A stretch of DNA of 64,000 nucleotides, taken from Patescibacteria group bacterium (GTDB lineage: Bacteria; Patescibacteriota; Minisyncoccia; Phycocordibacterales; CAIZLB01). Positions 9,208-19,566 of this stretch are shown here, piece by piece (position 1 is the first letter of the stretch; the number at the start of each line of letters is the position of its first letter). A program made the translations under genes and the position numbers. The stretch is from NCBI GenBank assembly GCA_040384445.1, contig JAZKJG010000001.1:71650-135649 (forward strand). Direction: 5' to 3'. Under the pieces are notes generated by a model. The model ran no database searches and was not told the DNA's origin. It saw only the letters and a list, made by a program, of their open reading frames with translations.

Positions 9208-9585
9208 ATGCGTATACTCGGTATAAATCTTAAAGACGATCAGAGAATAGAGATGGCCCTAACTGGTGTGTACGGTATCGGACGACCACGAGCTCACACA
9301 ATTTTAGATGAAGCAGGTGTTGAGTACGGTATCAAATCTAAAGATCTTTCAGCAGATCAAGAAAATAAAATTCGACTTGCAGTTGAAGTGTATAAACTTG
9401 AAGCTGATTTGAAACGAGAAATCGGAACTAACATTAAACGATTAAAAGATATTAAATCTTATCGTGGAGTGCGACATATAAAAAGACTTCCTGTACGAGG
9501 ACAGCGAACTAAGACAAACTCTCGAACATTGAAGGGTGTGAAGAAGACTATGGGTTCAGGAAAGAAAAAAGAAACAAAGAAGTAA
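9208..9585 (+). CDS. rpsM: 30S ribosomal protein S13
   Basis: ALTGVYGIG, YRGVRH, LPVRGQRTKTNSRT. Confidence 0.97.
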   Translation: MRILGINLKDDQRIEMALTGVYGIGRPRAHTILDEAGVEYGIKSKDLSADQENKIRLAVEVYKLEADLKREIGTNIKRLKDIKSYRGVRHIKRLPVRGQRTKTNSRTLKGVKKTMGSGKKKETKK

Positions 9586-9614
9586 TTCTTTTTAATAACT
9601 ACTAATATATCCTT

Positions 9615-10034
9615 ATGGCAACAAAACCAGTTAAAAAAACAACAACTAAAACAGAAACGAAGACAGCAAAATCTGCATCTAAGCGAAAGCTTACATATGC
9701 AATGTTGCATATTCAATCTACATACAACAACACAAAGGTTGTACTTACAGATGAAAAAGGTAACTCAGTTGCTCTTTCTTCATCAGGAGCGCTTGGATTC
9801 CGAGGGGCTAAAAAAGGTACACCTTTTGCAGCTGCAAAGATTGGAGAGGTTCTTGCAGATAAGGCAATCCTTATGGGAGTTAAAGAAGTTGGTGTTGTTG
9901 TAAAAGGAACAGGTTCAGGACGAGAGTCTGTTGTACGTTCTTTTATTTCAAAAGGAATTAACATTGATTCTATTAAAGATCGAACTCCAGTTCCTCATAA
10001 CGGTCCAAAGCCTAAGAAGCCAAGAAGAATATAG
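9615..10034 (+). CDS. rpsK: 30S ribosomal protein S11
   Basis: STYNNT, KGTPFAA, TPVPHNG. Confidence 0.97.
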   Translation: MATKPVKKTTTKTETKTAKSASKRKLTYAMLHIQSTYNNTKVVLTDEKGNSVALSSSGALGFRGAKKGTPFAAAKIGEVLADKAILMGVKEVGVVVKGTGSGRESVVRSFISKGINIDSIKDRTPVPHNGPKPKKPRRI

Positions 10035-10077
10035 TCTTCATTTATTTACAATTACTTACTCTATATAAACACTACAT

Positions 10078-10683
10078 ATGATAATAGGTCCAAAATACAA
10101 GATTGCAAAAAGACTCGGAGCTCCAATTTTTGAAAAAACTCAAACTCAAAAGTTTCGACTAAAGCTTGAAAATGCTCCACGGGCAAAGCGAGGAAAAACT
10201 AAAAGTTCATACGGACTACAGCTTATTGAAAAACAAAAAGCTCGATTTACATACGGAATTACTGCAAAGCAATTTGGCCGATATATTAAAGAGGTGATTG
10301 ATTCAAAAACAATTCATGCTCCAGAAGAATTGTATAAGAAACTAGAAACTCGTCTTGATAACGTTGTGTATCGAATGGGTCTTGCAAGTACAAGACGATT
10401 TGCACGACAGCTTGTATCACACGGACATGTTCTGTTAAACGGAAAGAAAAATACTATTCCTTCAGCTCAGACATATGACGGAGATGTTGTTTCTATTCGA
10501 GAAGGAAGTAAAAACACTAAAGCGTTTGCAGAGGCTATCGAAAGAAGTAAGAACTATGCAATGCCTACATGGGTTACATTTGATATTGATAAGATGACAG
10601 GGAAGATTACAAAACTTCCAACTCTAGCCGGACAAGATGTTTTGTTTGATCTTGGACAGGTAATCGAATTCTCAAAACGATAG
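10078..10683 (+). CDS. rpsD: 30S ribosomal protein S4
   Basis: YGLQLIEKQK, LETRLDNVVYRMG, ARQLVSHGH. Confidence 0.97.
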   Translation: MIIGPKYKIAKRLGAPIFEKTQTQKFRLKLENAPRAKRGKTKSSYGLQLIEKQKARFTYGITAKQFGRYIKEVIDSKTIHAPEELYKKLETRLDNVVYRMGLASTRRFARQLVSHGHVLLNGKKNTIPSAQTYDGDVVSIREGSKNTKAFAEAIERSKNYAMPTWVTFDIDKMTGKITKLPTLAGQDVLFDLGQVIEFSKR

Positions 10684-10719
10684 ACACACTGATTTATTTA
10701 ATTAATTTAAAACAATATT

Positions 10720-11697
10720 ATGATACATACATCAATTGTACTTCCATCAAAACCAAAAGTTATCCGAGAAAAAGGAAACACAGGTAGTTATGAAGTAGAA
10801 GGACTATATCCTGGATATGGACATACTCTTGGAAACTCACTCCGAAGAATTATTCTCTCATCTCTTACAGGATTTGCAATCACTTCAGTGAAAATTGCTG
10901 GTATTCCACATGAATTTTCAACAATTAAGGGTATTAGTGAAGATGTTATTCAAATTATTTTAAATCTTAAGAAGATTAAGTTTTCTGTTGTAGGAAATGA
11001 AGAAATCGTTCTACACCTTAAATCAAAAGGAATTGGAGAAGTAAAAGCTAAAGATATTGAAGTAAGTGGACAGGTTGAAATACTAACTCCAGATGCACAT
11101 ATTGCAACTATTACAGAAAAAGATGCGATCCTAGATATGGAAATCACACTTACTCAAGGTGTAGGATATGTTGCGAAGGAAATGCTCCAGAAAGATCGAG
11201 TTGCAGTAGGAACTATCGCACTTGATGCTTCATTTTCACCAATCGTACACGTAAGTTACGAAGTTGAACAAATGCGAGTTGGAGAGAGAACAGATTTCAA
11301 TAAACTTATTGTTTCAATTGAGACTGATGGAGCAATTGCTCCAAAAGAAGCATTTGAGAAAGCGGTTGAGATCATGATCGTACAGCTTAAGGCTATTATC
11401 AACTTTGTTGATGTAGAGCCTGAGATTCATGCATCAGTTAAAGAGGTTGATGCAAAAAACACTTCTGAAAATGAAGTAGATAAAGATGTATTGGATGATG
11501 TTCTAAAGACTCGAATTGAATCTTTAGAGATTGGTCAACGAACAATTAACGCTCTTATTGAGGCAAACATCCGAACTATCGGAGGTCTGATTCGAAAAAA
11601 AGAACAAGATATCCTAGACATCGACGGAATCGGTTCAAAGGGTCTTGATGAGCTTAAAGAGGTTCTTGGAGGCTTTAATCTTTCAATGAAAGAATAA
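10720..11697 (+). CDS. rpoA: RNA polymerase alpha subunit
   Basis: GYGHTLGNSLRRIILSS, HEFST, DASFSP, alpha-CTD. Confidence 0.97.
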   Translation: MIHTSIVLPSKPKVIREKGNTGSYEVEGLYPGYGHTLGNSLRRIILSSLTGFAITSVKIAGIPHEFSTIKGISEDVIQIILNLKKIKFSVVGNEEIVLHLKSKGIGEVKAKDIEVSGQVEILTPDAHIATITEKDAILDMEITLTQGVGYVAKEMLQKDRVAVGTIALDASFSPIVHVSYEVEQMRVGERTDFNKLIVSIETDGAIAPKEAFEKAVEIMIVQLKAIINFVDVEPEIHASVKEVDAKNTSENEVDKDVLDDVLKTRIESLEIGQRTINALIEANIRTIGGLIRKKEQDILDIDGIGSKGLDELKEVLGGFNLSMKE

Positions 11698-11738
11698 GTG
11701 TTGATTTATTCAGGAAAATAAGCTATATTTACACAACT

Positions 11739-12089
11739 ATGAGACACCACAACGGCAACAGAAAATTCGGAAGAGGAAGAGATCAGCGAAAAGCTCTCCT
11801 ACGTTCACTTATGCGTGAGCTTTTTGTACATGGAAAAATTACTACAACTCTAGCAAAAGCTAAAGAAGTTCGACCATATGCAGAAGATCTTATTACAAAA
11901 GCACGAGTTAACACTGTTGCCTCACGACGTGACGTTCTTAAGAGAATGGCAAACAATGACATCGTTGGAAAACTATTCAGTGAAATTGCTCCAAAGTATC
12001 TTGATCGAAACGGTGGATATACTCGAATCCTAAAAACTGGTCCTCGATACACTGACTCTGCAGAGATGGCAATTATCGAGCTGGTATAA
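11739..12089 (+). CDS. rplQ: 50S ribosomal protein L17
   Basis: MRH, ITTTLAKAKE, RNGGYTRI. Confidence 0.97.
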   Translation: MRHHNGNRKFGRGRDQRKALLRSLMRELFVHGKITTTLAKAKEVRPYAEDLITKARVNTVASRRDVLKRMANNDIVGKLFSEIAPKYLDRNGGYTRILKTGPRYTDSAEMAIIELV

Positions 12090-12100
12090 TAATTATTTAT

Positions 12101-12445
12101 ATGAAATACACAATAGACGCAAAAAATAAAAGATTAGGAACAGTTGCACAAGAAGCTGCGGCATTTCTAATGGGGAAAAATTCAGTTGATTTCGCACGAA
12201 ACGTAGTTCCAGAAGTTACAGTTGTTATTGCAAATGCATCACAAATGGATATTACTGACAAACGAAAAGCAGAAAAATACTATTTAACATACTCAGGATT
12301 TCCAGGAGGACAAACAAAAGAATTTTTGGGAGACCTAGAAAAAAGACGAGGTATTGCAGAAGTTCTAAAAAGAGCTGTTATCCGAATGCTTCCAAAAAAT
12401 AAGCTACAGTCACGAATGATTGCTAACCTACAAGTTACAGAATAA
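12101..12445 (+). CDS. rplM: 50S ribosomal protein L13 (compact)
   Basis: IDA..LG..A, LMGK, YSGFPGG, RMLPKN. Confidence 0.93.
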   Translation: MKYTIDAKNKRLGTVAQEAAAFLMGKNSVDFARNVVPEVTVVIANASQMDITDKRKAEKYYLTYSGFPGGQTKEFLGDLEKRRGIAEVLKRAVIRMLPKNKLQSRMIANLQVTE

Positions 12446-12468
12446 ATTTACATACATAATATATACAT

Positions 12469-12876
12469 ATGGCAACAAAATCAGACGCAAAATACTACGA
12501 AGCAGTAGGACGAAGAAAAACATCAGGTGCACGAGTTCGAATCACTCCATCAACTAAAACTACAGTTGTTGTAAATGGTATTCCTCACACTGAATATTTT
12601 AAAACTGTTGAACTACAGAATACTGCAATTGAATCTCTAACAAAAATCCTTCCTGAGAAATCATTTGAAATCACAGTTAAGGCTACTGGAGGGGGAATCA
12701 ACGGACAAGCTGAGTCAACTCGACTTGGTATTGCACGAGCGCTAGAGGTATTTGATGCAGATCTACGAGCCCCACTTAAGAAAGAAGGATTTCTAACTCG
12801 AGATGGACGAGCTAAAGAGCGAAGAAAGTTCGGATTGAAGAAAGCCCGAAAATCACCACAGTGGAGTAAACGATAA
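12469..12876 (+). CDS. rpsI: 30S ribosomal protein S9
   Basis: GRRKT, GGG..GQ, ERRKFGLKKARKSPQWSKR. Confidence 0.97.
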   Translation: MATKSDAKYYEAVGRRKTSGARVRITPSTKTTVVVNGIPHTEYFKTVELQNTAIESLTKILPEKSFEITVKATGGGINGQAESTRLGIARALEVFDADLRAPLKKEGFLTRDGRAKERRKFGLKKARKSPQWSKR

Positions 12877-12882
12877 TACTTG

Positions 12883-12910
12883 CAAAAACTCACCTTATGG
12901 TGGGTTTTTG
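12883..12910 (+). terminator. rpsI terminator
   Basis: CAAAAACTCACC-TTAT-GGTGGGTTTTTG. Confidence 0.8.
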
Positions 12911-12969
12911 TTTTATGTGGTAGTGTATGCGAAGGTAAGTGATCATATTTGCCTGAACCTTCTAAAAAT

Positions 12970-13275
12970 ATGAATCAAAGAGTATATGACTGTACTATAA
13001 GATTTATTCGTAAAAAAACTCCAGAAAAATTACTGAATTTCCTTATGGAGATCCGAGATGGTTCTAATGCTGTAAGAAGCACCAAGATAGGGTCTATACT
13101 GTTAGGTGTTTCTGTTTCTCTCAGTGTTTCTGCTAAAAAAGATACTTTCCCTGAATCCTATTGTTCCTCGGTAGAAATAGAACATATTCTCGGCAGAATC
13201 CCTACAGAATTCGCTTCTGAAATGCTTCTGCTTCCTCATCCAATTCGAACAATGGATGATCTTATTCTCGCTTAA
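12970..13275 (+). CDS. Hypothetical protein (orphan cassette)
   Basis: ORF between terminators; ATG 12970 preferred over TTG 12949. Confidence 0.5.
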   Translation: MNQRVYDCTIRFIRKKTPEKLLNFLMEIRDGSNAVRSTKIGSILLGVSVSLSVSAKKDTFPESYCSSVEIEHILGRIPTEFASEMLLLPHPIRTMDDLILA

Positions 13276-13281
13276 ACTCAT

Positions 13282-13321
13282 CCCTAGCCCTACGGTTTCA
13301 TTCCGTTTGGTTAGGGTTTTT
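13282..13321 (+). repeat. Cassette-end hairpin, homologous to 14249-14291
   Basis: CCCTAGCCCTACGGTTTCATTCCGTTTGGTTAGGG + T-tract. Confidence 0.75.
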
Positions 13322-13411
13322 CTTTTATCAAATATTTTACATTCCTACAATCATGTGGTAAGGTAAATTTGGGTGCATAATGAAATGTACCTAAACCCAC
13401 CTTGAAAAACC

Positions 13412-13837
13412 ATGAAAAGTTACATCTTGAATCTTTTTCGGTGTATCACTGGCTCAAAAACGCAAGAAAGAAACATTTGGGACGGAGGATTCTTCCTGTT
13501 TATCGTCCAAGGGATTGTTGATTATTACCCTGAAAAAGTGGAAAGTAAGGAAGAGGAAGATCCTGCTATACCATCAATGAACAGCTTCCTCCGGGAACTT
13601 CGTGATGAACCAGAGAGTTTGACGCAAACACTCATTCGTTCTGAGGCATTGTACGTTGAACTTGCCAGGTATATGTACCTGGAGAAGAAAAACAGAGATC
13701 ATCCTCTTGGAAAAGGGGAAATTGAAGTCTTTCTTATTTCGGATACATGTGAACTTGTTCGTCGTCTCAGAATTCACTTCACCAAGGAAATGGCAAACCT
13801 CCCCAAGGAAAAGAAGTTTGCTGATATTCCTGATTAA
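13412..13837 (+). CDS. Hypothetical protein (orphan cassette)
   Basis: 141 aa; TTTACA-17-TAAGGT promoter and leader hairpin GGTGCAT/ATGTACC. Confidence 0.6.
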   Translation: MKSYILNLFRCITGSKTQERNIWDGGFFLFIVQGIVDYYPEKVESKEEEDPAIPSMNSFLRELRDEPESLTQTLIRSEALYVELARYMYLEKKNRDHPLGKGEIEVFLISDTCELVRRLRIHFTKEMANLPKEKKFADIPD

Positions 13838-13856
13838 CCTCAACCAAACTTGAGCC

Positions 13857-14237
13857 ATGGAACCAAAATACGTTATTCTGTGTTCGGTCATTTATGTCCT
13901 TACAGGTCTCTACATTGCCCTTAAATCCATAGCGATTTGGTCAAAGGATCATAATTCCCGCCGATGGGCAGTAATTCTGTATCCATTTACCACCTTAGTA
14001 TGCCATCAGTTCGATAGGTATTGGGGCAGAATGTGGTTTCATAAAGGTCGTATTACCGCCATGGATAAAACTCCCATCTTCGATTTTTTTATCGATGAGG
14101 GATTCAAGCCATGCTGGACCGGAAAGATCTACGTGCTCTTGCATGTACTCTTCTGGCCAATCCGACTGCTCGTGAACTTGGGTGTATATCTCAAGTACTG
14201 CAAACCTCACCCCGCCCCACAAGTTGTCAGATCTTAA
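13857..14237 (+). CDS. Hypothetical membrane protein
   Basis: 126 aa, hydrophobic segments with LYP and FWP motifs. Confidence 0.6.
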   Translation: MEPKYVILCSVIYVLTGLYIALKSIAIWSKDHNSRRWAVILYPFTTLVCHQFDRYWGRMWFHKGRITAMDKTPIFDFFIDEGFKPCWTGKIYVLLHVLFWPIRLLVNLGVYLKYCKPHPAPQVVRS

Positions 14238-14248
14238 ACTGAGCATAC

Positions 14249-14291
14249 GCCCGAACCCTACGTTCCATACGTTAGGTTCGGGCCTTTTTTT
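14249..14291 (+). repeat. Cassette-end hairpin, homologous to 13282-13321
   Basis: GCCCGAACCCTACGTTCCATACGTTAGGTTCGGGC + T7. Confidence 0.8.
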
Positions 14292-14362
14292 ATTTACAAT
14301 ACACCACAAAAAATCTTTAAAACCTCTTGAAATTGAAGCAGAGACCATTTACAATACTATCT

Positions 14363-15025
14363 ATGAATGACGAAATAAAAGACCAGAATTTACAGGATAT
14401 TCCTGACAAAAAAGAACCTGTTCCAATAGATCTTGATCATGAGGAGATAGATGACCATATTATAGAGATGCTTGGTGGAAAGAAAAAGAAAGCGGAAGTT
14501 GTGGAAGATGAAGATGATGTGGTGAGCGAAGAAGAGGCTGAAAATCCAAAATCAGTTATAAAAAAACTGCGAGAAGAATTAAAGACTGCAAAGCAAGAAA
14601 AGATGGACGTGATGACATCTTGGCAAAGAGACAAGGCAGATTTTCTTAATGCTCGAAAACGAGATCAAGAGACTCAAGCAGATGTAATTAGATTTGCAAA
14701 TCAAAATGTTGTACTCGATATGTTGCCAACGCTTGATGGGTATGAGCAGGCAAAAGCACAACCAAGTTGGGTAGCGGTTGATGAAACGTGGAGAAAAGGA
14801 GTTGAAGCACTTATGGATAAGATATATGCATCACTTCAAAAAATTGGTGTTGAAAAATTTGGAAAGATTGGAGATGTGTTTGATCCTAATCTTCATCAGG
14901 CTATTGGAAATGAAGAAACTACAGATAAAAGTAAAGATCACACTATTTCATCAGTAATGCAAACAGGGTATACGCTTCACGATAAAGTGATTCGGCCAGC
15001 TATGGTAAAAGTATTTCAGGCATAG
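14363..15025 (+). CDS. grpE: Nucleotide exchange factor GrpE
   Basis: ADFLNARKR, FDPNLHQAI, GYTLHDKVIRPAMVKV; ATG 7 nt after TTGAAA-17-TACAAT. Confidence 0.93.
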   Translation: MNDEIKDQNLQDIPDKKEPVPIDLDHEEIDDHIIEMLGGKKKKAEVVEDEDDVVSEEEAENPKSVIKKLREELKTAKQEKMDVMTSWQRDKADFLNARKRDQETQADVIRFANQNVVLDMLPTLDGYEQAKAQPSWVAVDETWRKGVEALMDKIYASLQKIGVEKFGKIGDVFDPNLHQAIGNEETTDKSKDHTISSVMQTGYTLHDKVIRPAMVKVFQA

Positions 15026-15110
15026 TGAAAGAAAACTTGACAAGCACTGTATAATGGGTATATGGGCTGACAAATAATATCAGTTAATTAATTTAAAATA
15101 CACAATCATT

Positions 15111-17018
15111 ATGACAAAAATCATCGGAATCGATCTTGGAACAACAAACTCAGCTGTAGCTGTGATGGAGGTTGGTGAGCCAAAAATATTAGACAACGCA
15201 GAAGGTGCACGAACTACACCGTCTATTGTTGCTATTTCAAAAACAAATGAGAGACTTGTTGGTCTTCTTGCAAAGCGACAAGGGGTAACAAATCCTAAGA
15301 ACACTGTGTTTGGTGTGAAGCGATTTATTGGTCACTCATACGACGAATCAGATGTACAGAAAGATAAAGGAACTGTGCCTTTTGATATTTCAAAAACTGC
15401 TACAGGAGGTATTGCGATCAGGATTGGAGATAAAGACTATACTCCGGAGGAAGTTTCTGCGATGATTCTAACTAAGCTTAAAAATGACGCAGAAGCAAGA
15501 ATTGGAGAGAAGATAACAGAAGCGGTGATCACAGTGCCTGCGTATTTTAACGATGCACAGCGACAAGCTACAAAAGATGCAGGACGAATTGCAGGTCTTG
15601 ATGTAAAGCGAATTATCAACGAGCCTACTGCTGCTGCACTTGCATATGGATTTAATAAAAAGAAAGATGAGAAAGTGGCAGTGTTCGACTTCGGAGGGGG
15701 AACATTTGATATCTCTATTCTAGAGGTTGGAGCAGAAATCGTTGAAGTAAAATCAACTGATGGAGATGCTCACCTTGGAGGAAAAGATATTGACCAGAAA
15801 ATTATCCACTGGATTGCAGATGAATTTAAAAAAGAATCTGGAATCGATGTGCGAAATGATGCACTTGCTCTACAGCGACTAGATGAGGCTGCAGAAAAAG
15901 CAAAAATCGAATTGTCATCAGCTGTCGATACAGAAATCAACATTCCATTTATTACATCAGATGCAAATGGACCACGTCACCTTGTGCTCAAGATGACTCG
16001 AGCAAAACTGGAGGAACTTGCAGATGAGTTTATTACTCGAGCAATTCAGATTTCAAAACGAGCGATCGAAGCATCAGGATTTCCAATTGGAGATATTCAC
16101 GAAGTTATTCTTGTTGGAGGACAAACTCGAATGCCAAAGATTAAAGAAGCAGTAAAAGCACTTTTTGGAAAAGAACCAAATCAGTCTATTAACCCAGATG
16201 AAGTGGTTGCACTTGGAGCTGCGATTCAAGGAGGAATTCTTTCAGGAGATTCTTCTGTAAAAGATATTCTTCTTCTTGATGTAATTCCGCTTTCGCTTGG
16301 TATTGAAACTATGGGAGGAGTTGCAACACATCTTGTAGAAAAAAATACAACAATTCCAACATCACGATCACAAGTGTTTTCAACTGCAGCAGACAATCAG
16401 ACTTCGACAGAAATTCATATTGTACAAGGAGAACGAGCAATGGCGGCAGATAACAAATCACTTGGACGATTTATTCTTGATGGAATTCCACCAGCACCAC
16501 GAGGGGTTCCACAAGTTGAAGTTACATTTGATGTTGATGCGAACGGTATTCTAAATGTGAAAGCAAAAGATAAAGCTTCAGGAAAAGAAAATACAATTCG
16601 AATCGAAGCATCTTCTGGACTTTCAAAAGATGATATTGAAAGAATGAAACAAGAAGCTGAAATGCATGATGGGGAAGATAAGAAAAAGAAAGAACTTATT
16701 GAAATTCGAAACACTGCAGATCAGGCTATTTATACAGCAGAGAAAGCTCTCCGAGAGGAGAAAGAAAAGTTATCAGCTGAGCTTGTAACAGCAGTTGAAG
16801 CGAAAGTAACAACACTTCGATCTTCTAAAGATAAAGACGATATGGCGGCTATAAAGGCTGATACAGAGGCGTTATCTATGGAACTTGCAAAGGTTCATGA
16901 TGAGGTTGCGAAAGCGACTGCAGGCGCTCAGGCGGCTCCAGGAGCTGATGCTGGAACTCCTCCAACAGGTGAGAATCCTGCAGGAGAAGGGGAAGTGAGA
17001 GATGCAGAGGTTAAGTAA
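15111..17018 (+). CDS. dnaK: Chaperone DnaK
   Basis: [37 protein letters not shown]. Confidence 0.99.
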   Translation: MTKIIGIDLGTTNSAVAVMEVGEPKILDNAEGARTTPSIVAISKTNERLVGLLAKRQGVTNPKNTVFGVKRFIGHSYDESDVQKDKGTVPFDISKTATGGIAIRIGDKDYTPEEVSAMILTKLKNDAEARIGEKITEAVITVPAYFNDAQRQATKDAGRIAGLDVKRIINEPTAAALAYGFNKKKDEKVAVFDFGGGTFDISILEVGAEIVEVKSTDGDAHLGGKDIDQKIIHWIADEFKKESGIDVRNDALALQRLDEAAEKAKIELSSAVDTEINIPFITSDANGPRHLVLKMTRAKLEELADEFITRAIQISKRAIEASGFPIGDIHEVILVGGQTRMPKIKEAVKALFGKEPNQSINPDEVVALGAAIQGGILSGDSSVKDILLLDVIPLSLGIETMGGVATHLVEKNTTIPTSRSQVFSTAADNQTSTEIHIVQGERAMAADNKSLGRFILDGIPPAPRGVPQVEVTFDVDANGILNVKAKDKASGKENTIRIEASSGLSKDDIERMKQEAEMHDGEDKKKKELIEIRNTADQAIYTAEKALREEKEKLSAELVTAVEAKVTTLRSSKDKDDMAAIKADTEALSMELAKVHDEVAKATAGAQAAPGADAGTPPTGENPAGEGEVRDAEVK

Positions 17019-17020
17019 AT

Positions 17021-17059
17021 AAATGAAAAAACCGATACTGTATATCGGTTTTTTCATTT
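17021..17059. terminator. Bidirectional terminator after dnaK
   Basis: AAATGAAAAAACCGATA/TATCGGTTTTTTCATTT. Confidence 0.85.
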
Positions 17060-17085
17060 ATATAATCGTGCTATAATCAGTAAAT

Positions 17086-18990
17086 ATGTGTGGCATCGCA
17101 GGATTCATCAACTACAGCAATCAACAAGACCCAACACTTCTCAACAAGGCGTTAAACTGCATCGTACACCGAGGACCGGATGATGATGGAATGTTTCGCC
17201 AAGATGCATTTCAAATGGGAATGCGACGACTCTCAATCATCGATATTGCACACGGAAAGCAACCCATAGCAAATGAAGACGGAACAGTAACAGTTGTGTT
17301 CAATGGGGAGATATATAACTACTTAGAACTTAAAATAAAACTTGTAACGCTCGGTCATGTATTTAAAACAGAAAGTGATACAGAATGCCTTGTGCATGGA
17401 TTTGAAGAATGGGGGAAAGATTTGCCAAAACATTTACGGGGAATGTTTGCCTTTTCAATTCATGACAGTAAAACAAATACACTTTTGATAGCGAGAGATC
17501 AATTTGGAATTAAACCTTTGTATTATCGATTAGAAAATAATTCTATTGTAAGTTATGCATCAGAAATAAAATCTCTGCTCGTAGATGCATCATACAAAAA
17601 ACAGATTAACATTCCCGCAGTTCATGCATATGCAACATTTCAGTACAATCCATTTCCAGAAACATTCTTTAAAGATATCTCTAAGTTATCTCCAGGACAC
17701 TCACTCACCATTAACCTAACCGATGGAATATTTAAAATAGAAAAATACTGGCAATTTTCGCTCGCTCCAAAAGAAGGTGATTTTGAGCAAAAAAAGAAAG
17801 ATATAGAGAAAACTATTATCGATTCTGTAAACCACCACATGATTGCAGATGTTCCTGTTGCTTCATTCCTTTCAAGTGGAGTTGATAGTTCTATTATTGC
17901 ATCGCTTGCACATAAGCATATTCAATCTAAAAATCCTGATCAAAAACTGACAACATATACGATAGGATTTGGAACTGATAGATCTGAGATTGATGATGCG
18001 CGAGAATTTGCAAAATATCTTGGAACTGACCACAAAGAAATTCAAGTATCTTTCGATGACTATTTTTCAGTACTTAAGAAATGTGCTTGGCATTTTGATG
18101 AACCTGTAGCTGACCCTTCTGCAATCTCTATGTATCTTATGGCACGAGAGGTAGCGAAGCATCATAAAGTAGTTCTTTCAGGAGAAGGAGCAGACGAACT
18201 TTTTGGAGGATACGGAATATATGCAGAGCCTCACAATCCATGGATTCAACTCATATCATTACAACCTGCGTGGTTTAAAAAATACGTGTTAAAACCTGCT
18301 GATTTTGTTACTCAAGAGATTGTAGATATGTTTCCTGTTCTTGCAAAAACTCCTGGGGTAAGTTTCTTGCATCGTGCATTGCAGCCTGTCCGAGAGCGAT
18401 ATATTGGGAATGCAAAATTATTTTCTGAACAAGAGAAGGATGTGTTATTTAAAAAATATACAGCAGTGAATCCTGTAACGCTACTTGATACTCAAAAAGA
18501 GAATATTGATGGATATACAGAATCTGAATATATGCAGTATATCGACGTGTTGAACTGGATGAGAGGGGATATATTGGCGAAGGCAGACAAGATGACGATG
18601 GCACACTCGTTAGAGCTCCGGGTGCCGTTTCTTGATATGGAAGTATACAACGTGAGTCGAGATATTCCAGATGCATGGAAATATAAAAACAATACTACAA
18701 AATTTGCTCTTCGAGATGCATTTGCATCATACATGCCTGCGAAAACTAATCATCGACCAAAGCTCGGATTTCCAACACCGTGGCATACATGGTTACAGAG
18801 AGATTGCGGTACTGTGAAGAAAACTATTTTGAGTTCTCCAATCATTCAGGAGCTTTGTCATGAGCATGCAGTAGAAAAATTATTTACAAAAAAAGCATTA
18901 GCAGATAAATTTATCGGACGAAGAATTTTTGTTCTCCTCCAGTTATCATTATGGTATGATGTATATATAGATGAAAATAAACCAGCATAA
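17086..18990 (+). CDS. asnB: Asparagine synthase (glutamine-hydrolysing) family amidotransferase
   Basis: MCGIAG, HRGPD, RLSIID, FNGEIYN, LSSGVDSS, SGEGADELFGGY. Confidence 0.93.
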   Translation: MCGIAGFINYSNQQDPTLLNKALNCIVHRGPDDDGMFRQDAFQMGMRRLSIIDIAHGKQPIANEDGTVTVVFNGEIYNYLELKIKLVTLGHVFKTESDTECLVHGFEEWGKDLPKHLRGMFAFSIHDSKTNTLLIARDQFGIKPLYYRLENNSIVSYASEIKSLLVDASYKKQINIPAVHAYATFQYNPFPETFFKDISKLSPGHSLTINLTDGIFKIEKYWQFSLAPKEGDFEQKKKDIEKTIIDSVNHHMIADVPVASFLSSGVDSSIIASLAHKHIQSKNPDQKLTTYTIGFGTDRSEIDDAREFAKYLGTDHKEIQVSFDDYFSVLKKCAWHFDEPVADPSAISMYLMAREVAKHHKVVLSGEGADELFGGYGIYAEPHNPWIQLISLQPAWFKKYVLKPADFVTQEIVDMFPVLAKTPGVSFLHRALQPVRERYIGNAKLFSEQEKDVLFKKYTAVNPVTLLDTQKENIDGYTESEYMQYIDVLNWMRGDILAKADKMTMAHSLELRVPFLDMEVYNVSRDIPDAWKYKNNTTKFALRDAFASYMPAKTNHRPKLGFPTPWHTWLQRDCGTVKKTILSSPIIQELCHEHAVEKLFTKKALADKFIGRRIFVLLQLSLWYDVYIDENKPA

Positions 18991-19180
18991 ATCAAATCAA
19001 AAAGGTTTTCTCGAGGTGCTTGTAATTATTTTGATTGCACTCATCCTCCTTCGATTTTTAGGGATAGATATTGATGCAATTTTAGCGAAAGAGGGAGTAC
19101 AGAGTTTTTTTGCATATGTGAAAGACATGCTGGTTCTTGTATGGGGTGATTTTATGAAAATTATTAACGCGTTTAAGTAG
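18971..19180 (+). CDS. Small membrane protein with pilin-like N-terminus
   Basis: QKG|FLEVLVIILIALILL. Confidence 0.6.
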   Translation: MKINQHKSNQKGFLEVLVIILIALILLRFLGIDIDAILAKEGVQSFFAYVKDMLVLVWGDFMKIINAFK

Positions 19181-19200
19181 GGAAGTATAAATAGAAAAGA

Positions 19201-19236
19201 AAACCCCTTAGCCTACGGGGGGATAGGCTGGGGTTT
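19201..19236. terminator. Bulged bidirectional hairpin
   Basis: AAACCCC-TT-AGCCT/AGGCT-GGGGTTT. Confidence 0.75.
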
Positions 19237-19249
19237 ATTTTTGTGGTTG

Positions 19250-19465
19250 TTAGTCCCACTGTCCTTTTCCGGACGACGCACAGAGTTGATTGAGCTGCTG
19301 TGTTGTCATTGGAGGTGAACCTTTCAGTACTCGAGGAGCAGAAGGTTGTGAAGATGTTTGCCGAGTAAGATTTCGGGCAGTTTCTCCATTAACGGTTATA
19401 ACCCCAAAGCGGGATTGGCCGTCTGCATTGATCCATTGGGCTACACGGGCACGACTCTTTGACAT
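19250..19465 (-). CDS. Hypothetical protein (orphan cassette)
   Basis: 71 aa, higher GC; TTGCTT-17-TATAAT promoter upstream. Confidence 0.5.
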   Translation of the reverse strand: MSKSRARVAQWINADGQSRFGVITVNGETARNLTRQTSSQPSAPRVLKGSPPMTTQQLNQLCASSGKGQWD

Positions 19466-19566
19466 GATATTAAAGATGTGTGGCGGGTTATGGAATCACA
19501 AAATGTTCTTCCTAGTTCTGTATTATACTATTACTCTACAGAAAAAGCAAGTTTACACCACAGGTA

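Noticed and set aside
14326-14355. Sigma-32-like CTTGAAA..CCATTTA before grpE
   Set aside because: Spacing is short; better explained by sigma-70 TTGAAA-17-TACAAT. No CIRCE seen.
15111-17059. Absence of dnaJ after dnaK
   Set aside because: dnaJ is often unlinked; cannot be judged from one window.
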